Assembly (NCBI RefSeq): GCF_000015945.1
Contig: NC_009033.1
Span: forward strand, 660,001-692,000
Direction of reading: 5' to 3'
DNA: 32,000 bases
DNA from: Staphylothermus marinus F1
Lineage (GTDB): Archaea; Thermoproteota; Thermoprotei_A; Sulfolobales; Desulfurococcaceae
Below the pieces are notes generated by a model, which was not told the DNA's origin, searched no databases, and was given only the letters and a program-made list of their open reading frames with translations. Position 1 is the stretch's first letter, and each line of letters starts with the position of its first letter. Both the position numbers and the translations under genes were made by a program. Below, piece by piece: positions 8,624 through 16,595 of this stretch.

Positions 8624-9352
8624 TTAGGTGTTTGGGTTTGTTTTGCAGTTGTAGATGCGTGTTGTGGTAGGGGTTCCTTTTAAGGCTTGGATTGCTAGCT
8701 TTGTAGATGTTGCCTCGATACTTGTGGGTTGCTCTTTTACTCTATAATCGAATTTATTTATAAACTTCTTCATTATGTCTAAGAGCTTGCTAATCTTATG
8801 TAGCTGTATTTCCCTGAGTTTCTCAGCAAGATCTTTTCTCTTCTTCAACAACTCCATATATACGTCTCTAAAATGATGCATACATAAAATACTATAGGTG
8901 TTAGCCTCGTATTCTTGGAGAAGATCGGTCTCAATAATTTTCTCCGCAAACTTCTCAACAAAAATACGATTATACTCCACTAGATCCTTGCATAGAAAAC
9001 ACTTCCCAGAAAACTTGGCAGGGTTAACTATGCCTTTCTTCTCAAGCATCTCATAATATGTCTCAAGCATATCCTGATAAATAATAGCAGGACCAGGCTC
9101 ACCTATAAGGGGATCTCCGTATGAATACTTGTACAAAAGCCATGCATGATAACCACACAACCCCAAACTCTCCCTAAACTTACTCCTTGTATCAGGATCA
9201 TTTACATGTTCATATAGAATATCAAATATCAGATCGTATTCAACCTTCTCAACAATACCACAAATAGGGCAACCAGGCTTTTCAAGACTAGATGATAACT
9301 CCACATAGAATAAATCCCTAGGATTCCTTTTCTCCTTCTTCCCAAACAACAC
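8624..9352 (-). CDS. Orphan Cys/His-rich protein with two CxxC...CxxH modules (putative zinc-binding; function unknown)
   Basis: 242 aa. CPIC...(34 aa)...CGYH, then CFLC...(40 aa)...CMHH, followed by a K/E-rich helical tail. From memory it resembles an uncharacterised DUF family of pattern CPxC..E..vnD...R....S.G.C..HAW. This was not verified. Confidence 0.6.
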   Translation of the reverse strand: MLFGKKEKRNPRDLFYVELSSSLEKPGCPICGIVEKVEYDLIFDILYEHVNDPDTRSKFRESLGLCGYHAWLLYKYSYGDPLIGEPGPAIIYQDMLETYYEMLEKKGIVNPAKFSGKCFLCKDLVEYNRIFVEKFAEKIIETDLLQEYEANTYSILCMHHFRDVYMELLKKRKDLAEKLREIQLHKISKLLDIMKKFINKFDYRVKEQPTSIEATSTKLAIQALKGTPTTTRIYNCKTNPNT

Positions 9353-9710
9353 TATTCATCACACCACAAAGCCCATCCAAAACCCCTATACTATTTATTT
9401 TTTAACTAATAACAATATAAAATTAAGCAATCTATCATAAAACTCCTAAAAATCATCACCTATGAAACAAAACAAATAATAAATCTATAGAGGGGTGAAT
9501 TTTTTAAGCAAATATGGCTATGTAAATAAGTTGGCTGGTCATAGATGTTTATATATTGTTTCTTTTAGGACTGTATTTAATCCATGGCTAGTTAGTTGTT
9601 TCTCTATAAACTTATGCACATAAGTTACATGAAAAGTTTATTAGTAAGTATGCATATGCACATATATGATGAAAATTATAAGCATATGAACATAAGATTG
9701 GGTGAGCAAA

Positions 9711-10739
9711 ATGAATATAAGAAATGTACAGAAGAACTTAGCCAACAATATCCCACTGCATTCAACTCTAGCAATAGCCTCGGGATTGGTTACAGGATAT
9801 TATCTTAACCTATCAAAATTATCTGGACTTATTATCCCAGCAGTATTCATAATGATTTATCCAATGGTGGTTAACTTATCACTTAACAATATCAAGAAGA
9901 TTAAAAGCACAGTAAAGCCATTAGTAGAAGCAATGATACTTAACTTCCTAATAGCGCCAGGTTTAATGTTCTTATTGACAACAATAGTTCCTGTCTCGAT
10001 CTATATGAAAATATCACTACTACTCTTATCTATTGCCCCAGCATCCAGCATGGGCCTGGGCTATCTCGGATTATCGGGCGGAGACATATTAGCAGGAGCA
10101 ACAATAGTAGCACTAGCATTTATTCTATCATTAATAGTGTATCCAATAGCAGGATACTATTTCGCTTCAGGAACCCCCCTCTCCAAGTCTCACCGGGCTT
10201 AATTATTAAAAATCTCCTATTAGTCTTGATTACGCCACTAATACTTGGCATATTAACTAGAGAAATTATTGAGAAAAAACATGGTATCAAAAAATTCATT
10301 GAACTAAAACCATACTTCTCAACAATAACGCTGACAGGTCTCTATATTCTTCTATACCTAATCTTCGCCTCCAAAGCGAAACTTGTAATAGCACAATATG
10401 GATATATTATTACTATCACCCATAGCTATATTATTCTATGGAACAACAATCTTCATGCTCATAATACTTAACAAGAACCTGTTCAAACTCGAATACGGGC
10501 ATCACCAAGCAGTAGTATTCACTACAGCAAGCAAAAACGTATCAATAACAATAGCAATACCAATATCAGTCTTTGGAAAAACAGGACAATTCATGGCTGT
10601 ATACCCAGCAATAAGGGCGATCTTTCAAACACCTATACTAATAACATATCTAAGATACAGTGACAAAATAAAGAACCTGTTCGAAACAATAGAGAAAGAA
10701 ACACGCATAATTCCAAAAACAGGCATCACCAAGATTTAA
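9711..10739 (+). pseudogene. ACR3-type (arsenical-resistance-3 / BART superfamily) transporter disrupted by two frameshifts
   Basis: Three consecutive ORF pieces run frame 0, then 2, then 0 (9711-10202, about 10160-10471, 10392-10739). They read as one transporter: IMIYPMVVNL...NFLIAPGLMF, then ...GLIIKNLLLVLITPLILGILTR, then ...FTTASKNVSITIAIPISVFG (compare ACR3 FTAASNNFELAIAVAI). The first shift falls in a C6 run at 10174-10179. Confidence 0.7.
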
Positions 10740-10848
10740 TTAATCACATAAAAACACGTTATATAATCAGCGATCATAGATACACAATCAAAAATAAGAT
10801 AGAATAAAAATGTTGATGAGAACCGTATAAAAGTCCACATTATTTTTC

Positions 10849-12369
10849 TTAATGTTTCTTTTTTACTTGTATCTTAATCCTTGAGGCTGTCTTGTTTTCT
10901 TCTATTAGTTTATTCCAGTATTTAATGTTATAGAGACAGCCAGGATCAGGTGCCATGGGATCGTTGAAGTATGCATATGCTCTTGCTCTGCATCCTCCAC
11001 ATATGTTTTTATACGGACACACAGCACATGCTCCTTGAAGCTTAGATCTATCCCTTAATAATTTGAAGAGAGGAGCATTAATCCATAGATCCCAGAATGT
11101 TCTCTCACGCAGATTCCCTACTGGTATGGGAAGGAATACACAGGGTATAAGTGTTCCATCAGGCTGTATACCAGCATATATTCTCCCAGCACCACATCCG
11201 CCAACAAATTCCGCAACCGCTTTAACTATAGGATCTTCTCCAACATAGAAATGTGTTGGAGCAACATCTCTGCCACCACTTAATTGTAGAGATACTCTTC
11301 CATACTGTGGTGCTGTGCTGACAATCTCCATTTTACGCCTGCTCATCTCCTTATATATTGTTCTAAGAAATTCTTCTCTTTCCAAAGGATCAAGGTCTAA
11401 CCATATATTATCCTTCCCTCTACCAACAGGCACGAAATTGAAGAACACTACTCTCTTAACACCTATGGACTCAGCTAGATCAAGTATATCCTCTACTTCA
11501 TTAATATTCATCTTAGTAATAGTTATAGCCATTGCATGGTTTATGCCCAGCTTAACAGCATTTTCTAAAGCCTTCACAGCTCTCTCCCATGATCCTTGAA
11601 CACCTCTAAACCAATCATGCTTCTTAGGATCAGCACTATCAACTGATACCTCTACATATCTAAGCCCAAGCTTCTTCGCTTCCCTCAACTTCTCTATATC
11701 AGCAAATACCCAGCCATTAGTTGCTACAGCTGCATACATTCCTCTCGAAGCTATCTCATATAGGATTCTGCGAAAATGTGGATGAATAGTGGGTTCCCCA
11801 CCGCTCAACGCTATTGCTGCAACACCAGCGCGATCAAGCTGATCAACAACCATAAGCTTCTCCTTCAAAGAGAGCTCATTGGGCAATGGCTTATCTGCTC
11901 TTTGATAACAATGCTTACATCTTAGGTTACACATGTTAGTAAAGTTCCATACTATGAGGAATGGTGCGGGAAGTTCTTGGGGAACAGTTACTCCGTAAAG
12001 ACCCAGCCCCTTTAAGATTAGTGAAACCCCGCGTCTAAGCGCTGGATCCTTTAATGCCTCAATAACTTCCTCTTCTCTACCCTTTAACAGTTTTATACCA
12101 AGCTTCATAATAGTGTTAACAATTGATCCAATAAACCTAGCTGTTACTGTACAGGAACTAACTGGTTCACCTGCATACATTGATAATGCATGATATATTA
12201 TTGGCGCCGCAACTTTTCTACCATTGTACTTGCACTCCGACTCTATAGTGGCTGTTCTCAAGAATACTCTTGATATAGGGTTATCGAAGAGAGTTCTAAG
12301 CCCTGCTAGTAATGCTCCAACACCGCCTCTCTGATCAGATTTAGAATTATCTTGTGATTCATTATTCAT
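10849..12369 (-). CDS. Radical SAM / SPASM-domain enzyme with ~140-aa N-terminal extension (substrate unknown)
   Basis: CNLRCKHC (CxxxCxxC) sits after a ~140-aa N-terminal extension. A C-terminal Cys cluster (GGCGAG...PCVF...CAVCPYKNICGGCRARAY...DPGC) is typical of SPASM/twitch auxiliary-cluster domains. ATG 12369 is preceded by GAGGTGG and shares one nt with the upstream stop (TAATG). Confidence 0.8.
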   Translation of the reverse strand: MNNESQDNSKSDQRGGVGALLAGLRTLFDNPISRVFLRTATIESECKYNGRKVAAPIIYHALSMYAGEPVSSCTVTARFIGSIVNTIMKLGIKLLKGREEEVIEALKDPALRRGVSLILKGLGLYGVTVPQELPAPFLIVWNFTNMCNLRCKHCYQRADKPLPNELSLKEKLMVVDQLDRAGVAAIALSGGEPTIHPHFRRILYEIASRGMYAAVATNGWVFADIEKLREAKKLGLRYVEVSVDSADPKKHDWFRGVQGSWERAVKALENAVKLGINHAMAITITKMNINEVEDILDLAESIGVKRVVFFNFVPVGRGKDNIWLDLDPLEREEFLRTIYKEMSRRKMEIVSTAPQYGRVSLQLSGGRDVAPTHFYVGEDPIVKAVAEFVGGCGAGRIYAGIQPDGTLIPCVFLPIPVGNLRERTFWDLWINAPLFKLLRDRSKLQGACAVCPYKNICGGCRARAYAYFNDPMAPDPGCLYNIKYWNKLIEENKTASRIKIQVKKKH

Positions 12370-13793
12370 TATTTCCACCTCAAGAACTCATAGATTTTAT
12401 CTCTCATCCAGGAAAAGATCTCTCTCATGAGAATACCCGAGAGATCTTTAAGCCTACCCGCTTTAAGCTCTCTTATGATAAACTTTGATCTTAGATAGAA
12501 TTTACGATAAGCATACTTGATCATCTTTCCAAGTTCTTTCCTTGTGAAGTGGAAACCTCTCATAACGGGTTTAACAGTGGTATAGTGTTCCCAATTCCAA
12601 TCCTCTATTAAATTATGTTTTTTAGCATATTCAAAGAGTGGTGTTCCGGGATATGGTGTTAATGCTGTGAACTGTACATAGTCTGGATCAAGTTTTATTG
12701 CGAAATCAACTGTTTTCTTCATATCATCAATTGTTTCCCATGGAAATCCTAGTATGAATGATCCTAGAGCGAAGCCTTTAAGCTCCTTAACCCATTTAAA
12801 CACTCTCTCAGCTTGTTCGAGAGTTATTCTCTTACCTATACGATCCAGTGTTTCCTGACTAGCTGATTCTACACCGAAGTATAGTGCTGTACAACCATTA
12901 TCGTAGAGGGTTTTGAGGATCTCCTTATTTATATGGTTAACTCTGGAACCACATGAGAACGTTATATCCAGTCCTCTCTTCTTAATCTCATCTATGAATT
13001 CACGCACGAATCTCTTATTAATAACTAAGTCGTCATCGCTAAACGCTATATGGTTAGCTTTATACTTGTTCACCAGGAACTCTACTTCATCAGCAACATT
13101 CTTTGCTGATCTAAACCTTATTCTGCGTCCCCAGAAATAACTTGTTATACAATATATGCATCCATATGGGCATCCTCTACTAGCCATTACATGTGCTATC
13201 CTTATAGGTTTACTGAAAAGCGTATACTTATCCATTGGGAGCAGGTGCCTCGCAGGCCATGGAAGCTCATCTAGGTTTTGTATAAATGGTCTAGGAGGAG
13301 TTACAACAACTTTACCGGAATAATCTCTAAACGCTATACCTTTTATATTCTTCAAAACATTCTTGTTTAACCCGTGTTTCTCAATAGCATTAACGAGTTC
13401 TAACGTAGTATATTCGCCCTCACCTCTAACAACGATATCTATATTATTACTAAGTGCTTCCTCATACATATATGTTGGATGAGGACCACCAGCTATGACT
13501 ATTACATCATTGCCCAACTCCTCCTTTACAAGTTTAGCTGCAACATATCCTTTAGGTGCTAGAGGGGTTAGCATAGATATACCAACAATATCGGGATCCC
13601 AAGACTTAACCTCGCTAATCCAGTCTTGGAAACTTATTTTGAGAGTTGGAGAATCTATTATTTTTACTTTATGACCTGCATTTTCGAGAACTGCACCAAT
13701 ATATGCTAAGCCCAGAGGAGGAGCACTCATACCAGTGACCTTGTATATTTCAAGCTTATGTACTTCTGGCGGTAGAGTTAACAGTACTTTCAA
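12369..13793 (-). CDS. B12-binding-domain radical SAM enzyme (class-B-like, COG1032-type)
   Basis: N-terminal Rossmann-like B12-binding region (KVLLTLPP...PPLGLAYIGAVLENAGHKVKIID...DIVGIS), then ASRGCPYGCIYC (CxxxCxxC). The proposed start is TTG 13793 after AGGTGA. The track extension to 13868 is AT-rich and promoter-like. Confidence 0.8.
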   Translation of the reverse strand: MKVLLTLPPEVHKLEIYKVTGMSAPPLGLAYIGAVLENAGHKVKIIDSPTLKISFQDWISEVKSWDPDIVGISMLTPLAPKGYVAAKLVKEELGNDVIVIAGGPHPTYMYEEALSNNIDIVVRGEGEYTTLELVNAIEKHGLNKNVLKNIKGIAFRDYSGKVVVTPPRPFIQNLDELPWPARHLLPMDKYTLFSKPIRIAHVMASRGCPYGCIYCITSYFWGRRIRFRSAKNVADEVEFLVNKYKANHIAFSDDDLVINKRFVREFIDEIKKRGLDITFSCGSRVNHINKEILKTLYDNGCTALYFGVESASQETLDRIGKRITLEQAERVFKWVKELKGFALGSFILGFPWETIDDMKKTVDFAIKLDPDYVQFTALTPYPGTPLFEYAKKHNLIEDWNWEHYTTVKPVMRGFHFTRKELGKMIKYAYRKFYLRSKFIIRELKAGRLKDLSGILMREIFSWMRDKIYEFLRWK

Positions 13794-13915
13794 TAGTATC
13801 ACCTGATAGCTAAAATATATTATTTTTTTAGGATAAAATAAAACTTTCACAGAATAACTTATTAGCAAACATAATATTGAATCTCCGATAATTATCTTAG
13901 TTATAATCTGTAATA

Positions 13916-14905
13916 TTATTTCTCTTCTGTGACATTTCTTATATCAGGATATAAAACTAGAATTATAGAGGATAAAACTAGAATTATCAGGAATATTTGA
14001 ATAGTAGTAATTATTTGTCCAAGAAAAATATATGCTAATATTGATGCACCAACAGGTTCCCCTAAGGCTATTGATGTTGCAGAACTTGTTTTTATGTATT
14101 TTAAAACATAATTCAGTAATGTATGTCCGCCAAGCATCGGAATTATTGCCAATAAAAAGAAGTATACATAGCTATTGAGACCATAATGTATCAAATTAGC
14201 ACCTGAGATTAGAGAATATATTAGCAAAGTTATAGCTGCACTAGAGTATGCAATAGTAGTATATTCTAATAAATCAACAATCTTTCTAACTCTTCTACCA
14301 ATACTGAAATAACCCGTGGCGGCGACAGCACCTAATAATGCCAGAATAACACCATATATACTGTATCCATCAATAAGTCTTGGCTCCATAAACAATGCTA
14401 TACCTATAAATCCCATGATTAATCCTATATACTGGATTCTATAGATCCGTTCATTATATATGATCTTGTCAACCACTAGTGAGAACAATGGATAAGATAC
14501 AACAATAGTGGTACTAACCGCAACTGGCACTAAAAACAAAGATTCCATCCAAAAAAGAAAATGAGCAGCAAGAAAAACACCGGATAATACAATGAGAGAT
14601 AAAACCTTATAGTCTCTTAAACCAATCCATGATCTATTCAACAATAACTTCATAAACCATAAAATAATAGCTGATAAGAACGTTCTCCAAAAAGCACAAG
14701 CTACTGCTGATGCTTTAGAGAGTAGTACAAGTATTGATGCAACAGATATACTTAGAAATATTATGGTAAAAACTAATGCATAAAAAGCAATTCTACTAAT
14801 ATTTATTGGAGAGTTTTCAGATAAGTTATCTATTGAGAACTTCAAACCATGTCTTCCCACATAGTAGCATATATTCCAGTATCGAGCATTTAACATTGAT
14901 GTCAT
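13916..14905 (-). CDS. EamA/DMT-family (drug/metabolite exporter) membrane protein
   Basis: About 10 TM helices arranged as two 5-TM repeats, with the size and hydropathy of EamA-domain transporters. The exact start is uncertain. Confidence 0.6.
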   Translation of the reverse strand: MTSMLNARYWNICYYVGRHGLKFSIDNLSENSPINISRIAFYALVFTIIFLSISVASILVLLSKASAVACAFWRTFLSAIILWFMKLLLNRSWIGLRDYKVLSLIVLSGVFLAAHFLFWMESLFLVPVAVSTTIVVSYPLFSLVVDKIIYNERIYRIQYIGLIMGFIGIALFMEPRLIDGYSIYGVILALLGAVAATGYFSIGRRVRKIVDLLEYTTIAYSSAAITLLIYSLISGANLIHYGLNSYVYFFLLAIIPMLGGHTLLNYVLKYIKTSSATSIALGEPVGASILAYIFLGQIITTIQIFLIILVLSSIILVLYPDIRNVTEEK

Positions 14906-14975
14906 TGTAAAATACCATGGTATTCTATTATTTTTGATTTCAATGTTTATTCATTCCCGAACCTAGAAAGCTTAT

Positions 14976-15257
14976 CTATCCCCCTGCTGCGGGAGGAAAG
15001 ATTGCGATTTCGTCGCCATCATTCAATACTGTATCCATTCCATTCAGAAACTCTATGTGTTTACCATTAACTAGAATTATAAGTCTCCAACCCTTCTTTT
15101 CCAAATCGTCCTTGATCTTCTTAATATCTTCTAATTTATCTAGTAAATCTCTAAAAGTAGATTTATCTCTGGGTAACTCGATTATTTTCTCCTTCCATCC
15201 AAGGGTTTCTGGGAGCGTCATGTATACTTTTATTTTCACTTTTACAGATCTATTCAT
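14976..15257 (-). CDS. MoaD/ThiS-like ubiquitin-fold sulfur-carrier protein ending in Gly-Gly
   Basis: 93 aa, ending ...NDGDEIAIFPPAAGG-stop (the beta-grasp C-terminal di-glycine hallmark). The ATG overlaps the stop of the upstream radical-SAM gene (ATGA). Confidence 0.75.
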   Translation of the reverse strand: MNRSVKVKIKVYMTLPETLGWKEKIIELPRDKSTFRDLLDKLEDIKKIKDDLEKKGWRLIILVNGKHIEFLNGMDTVLNDGDEIAIFPPAAGG

Positions 15258-16378
15258 AATGGACACCTAGTCATGTCTCTTGAGTATGGACAGTGTGCAC
15301 ATGTTGGCGAGTTCCCCCAACAATCATATTCGTTTGTTAGCGTAATTGTACAGTATGGTTGTAGGGGACAGTCTAGACAAGATGGTTGATGCATGAAATA
15401 CGTTATTGCTCTAAATCTTATATATTCTGGTTTCCTCCATATATTTATTAATTTCTCCTTGCCTACGTATCCGAAAATTACAGGTTTTATTTCCCGCTGT
15501 ACTCCAGCTAAATAGTTTTTCCAGTGATGCGCATAATAAATGCATGGAGCTACTCCACCATCATATCTAATAAACAATGCATATTTACTTATGAAAGGAC
15601 ATATTCTTTCACTATATGCTTTATTAAAGTTAGGGAGACTGATCTCCACTCCATATTCAAGCTCTATTCTAGCTAATTCCTCCGTGATCTTAGATACTTC
15701 TTCGAGACATTTAGGGTCAGAGTAGCATGAAACGTTTTCTTCATAGTACTGGTTTAGCGGTATAACATTAGATACAATTATCTTGGATGCTCCAAGGGTG
15801 TGTGCTAGTTTAGTTGTTGCGAGAAGATTTCTATAGTTATACCTGTTAATAGTGAACTGTATATTAACTCTTGGATAGAACATGTTCTTCTTAATCTTCA
15901 TATCTTTAAGTATAAGTAAAGCCTCAATAACTCTAGCAAGGTCTCCTCCACGCCTAATAAGCTTATATACATCATCTTCTGCAGCATCAATACTCACAAT
16001 TATATCATCCACTCCTATCCTAGCAATGTAATCAACATATTTTATGAGAAAATAACCATTAGTATTTAATAGTATTTCAAGTCCCTTAGACTTAGCATAG
16101 TATAAGAAATCAATAATATATGGATGTATCAGGGGCTCCCCCCATCCAGAGAAACTGATCTTAGAAACACCTATTTCAACTGCTTCATCTATTATTTTGT
16201 AGAACAAATCTCTATCCATATCATGGAAGCCTTCGCCAACAATTGTTCTCCGAAAACAGTATATACAGTCATAATTGCATCTGGTAGTTACCTCAACCAT
16301 TATCTCTTTAGGATGCGATTTTTCATCAAGGGATATATTCCAATCACCAATGATGATCGACGAAGAGTTCTTTTCCAT
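15254..16378 (-). CDS. cmo: Radical SAM / SPASM-like protein, Cmo-like putative tungsten-cofactor oxidoreductase maturase
   Basis: TTRCNYDCIYC (CxxxCxxC) plus a C-terminal Cys-rich region (CPFIS...PCIYY...CLDCPLQPYCT...CAHCPY). It is divergent from the AOR gene, as the cmo gene is next to aor in Pyrococcus furiosus. Confidence 0.7.
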   Translation of the reverse strand: MEKNSSSIIIGDWNISLDEKSHPKEIMVEVTTRCNYDCIYCFRRTIVGEGFHDMDRDLFYKIIDEAVEIGVSKISFSGWGEPLIHPYIIDFLYYAKSKGLEILLNTNGYFLIKYVDYIARIGVDDIIVSIDAAEDDVYKLIRRGGDLARVIEALLILKDMKIKKNMFYPRVNIQFTINRYNYRNLLATTKLAHTLGASKIIVSNVIPLNQYYEENVSCYSDPKCLEEVSKITEELARIELEYGVEISLPNFNKAYSERICPFISKYALFIRYDGGVAPCIYYAHHWKNYLAGVQREIKPVIFGYVGKEKLINIWRKPEYIRFRAITYFMHQPSCLDCPLQPYCTITLTNEYDCWGNSPTCAHCPYSRDMTRCPL

Positions 16379-16463
16379 CAACAAAATTATTCACCGAGGA
16401 ATAGTGAGGCTTATTGATCTATGAATTTTTATTTACTTCCCATAATATATATTTTAATTTAAT

Positions 16464-16483
16464 ATGTTAGGATTTCCTAACAT
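16464..16483. promoter_or_regulatory. Inverted repeat ATGTTAGGA-TT-TCCTAACAT in the divergent cmo-like/aor intergenic region (candidate operator)
   Basis: Perfect 9-bp arms with a 2-nt spacer were checked by hand. The repeat sits between the divergent starts (16378 and 16596) and upstream of a TTATATAAAT TATA-like box at about 16524. Confidence 0.4.
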
Positions 16484-16595
16484 TTCTATTAAAAGTCGAA
16501 TTCTGCTCATTTAAGAAATCCTTATATAAATAATCTGTTGGTAGAATACTATGTGGGAAAAATGTGTTCTGGTGTACATATTGCTTGGCGGTTAT

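Noticed and set aside
9666-9672. ATGATGA C-box-like heptamer (possible C/D-box sRNA)
   Set aside because: No CTGA D or D' box lies at a suitable distance downstream. It sits in the promoter/5' region of the ACR3 pseudogene.
9596-9808. 70-aa ORF overlapping the ACR3 start
   Set aside because: It lies in an AT-rich promoter region with CATATG-type palindromes, has no motif, and is out of frame with the transporter.
7893-10800. Integrated element using tRNA-Asp as attachment site (the decaying genes lie right of the tRNA)
   Set aside because: I found no second copy of the tRNA 3' half (…GGTTCAAATCCCGGCGGGGGC) anywhere in the window. I also found no integrase gene or recognisable fragment. The idea remains possible but is unsupported.
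13794-13915. 14-codon minus-strand ORF MFANKLFCESFILS (ATG at about 13872) upstream of the B12-rSAM gene, considered as a possible RiPP precursor or leader peptide
   Set aside because: It is too short, has no leader/core architecture, overlaps what looks like the TATA/promoter region, and I cannot assess its conservation. It is worth a look only if homologous loci keep a small ORF here.
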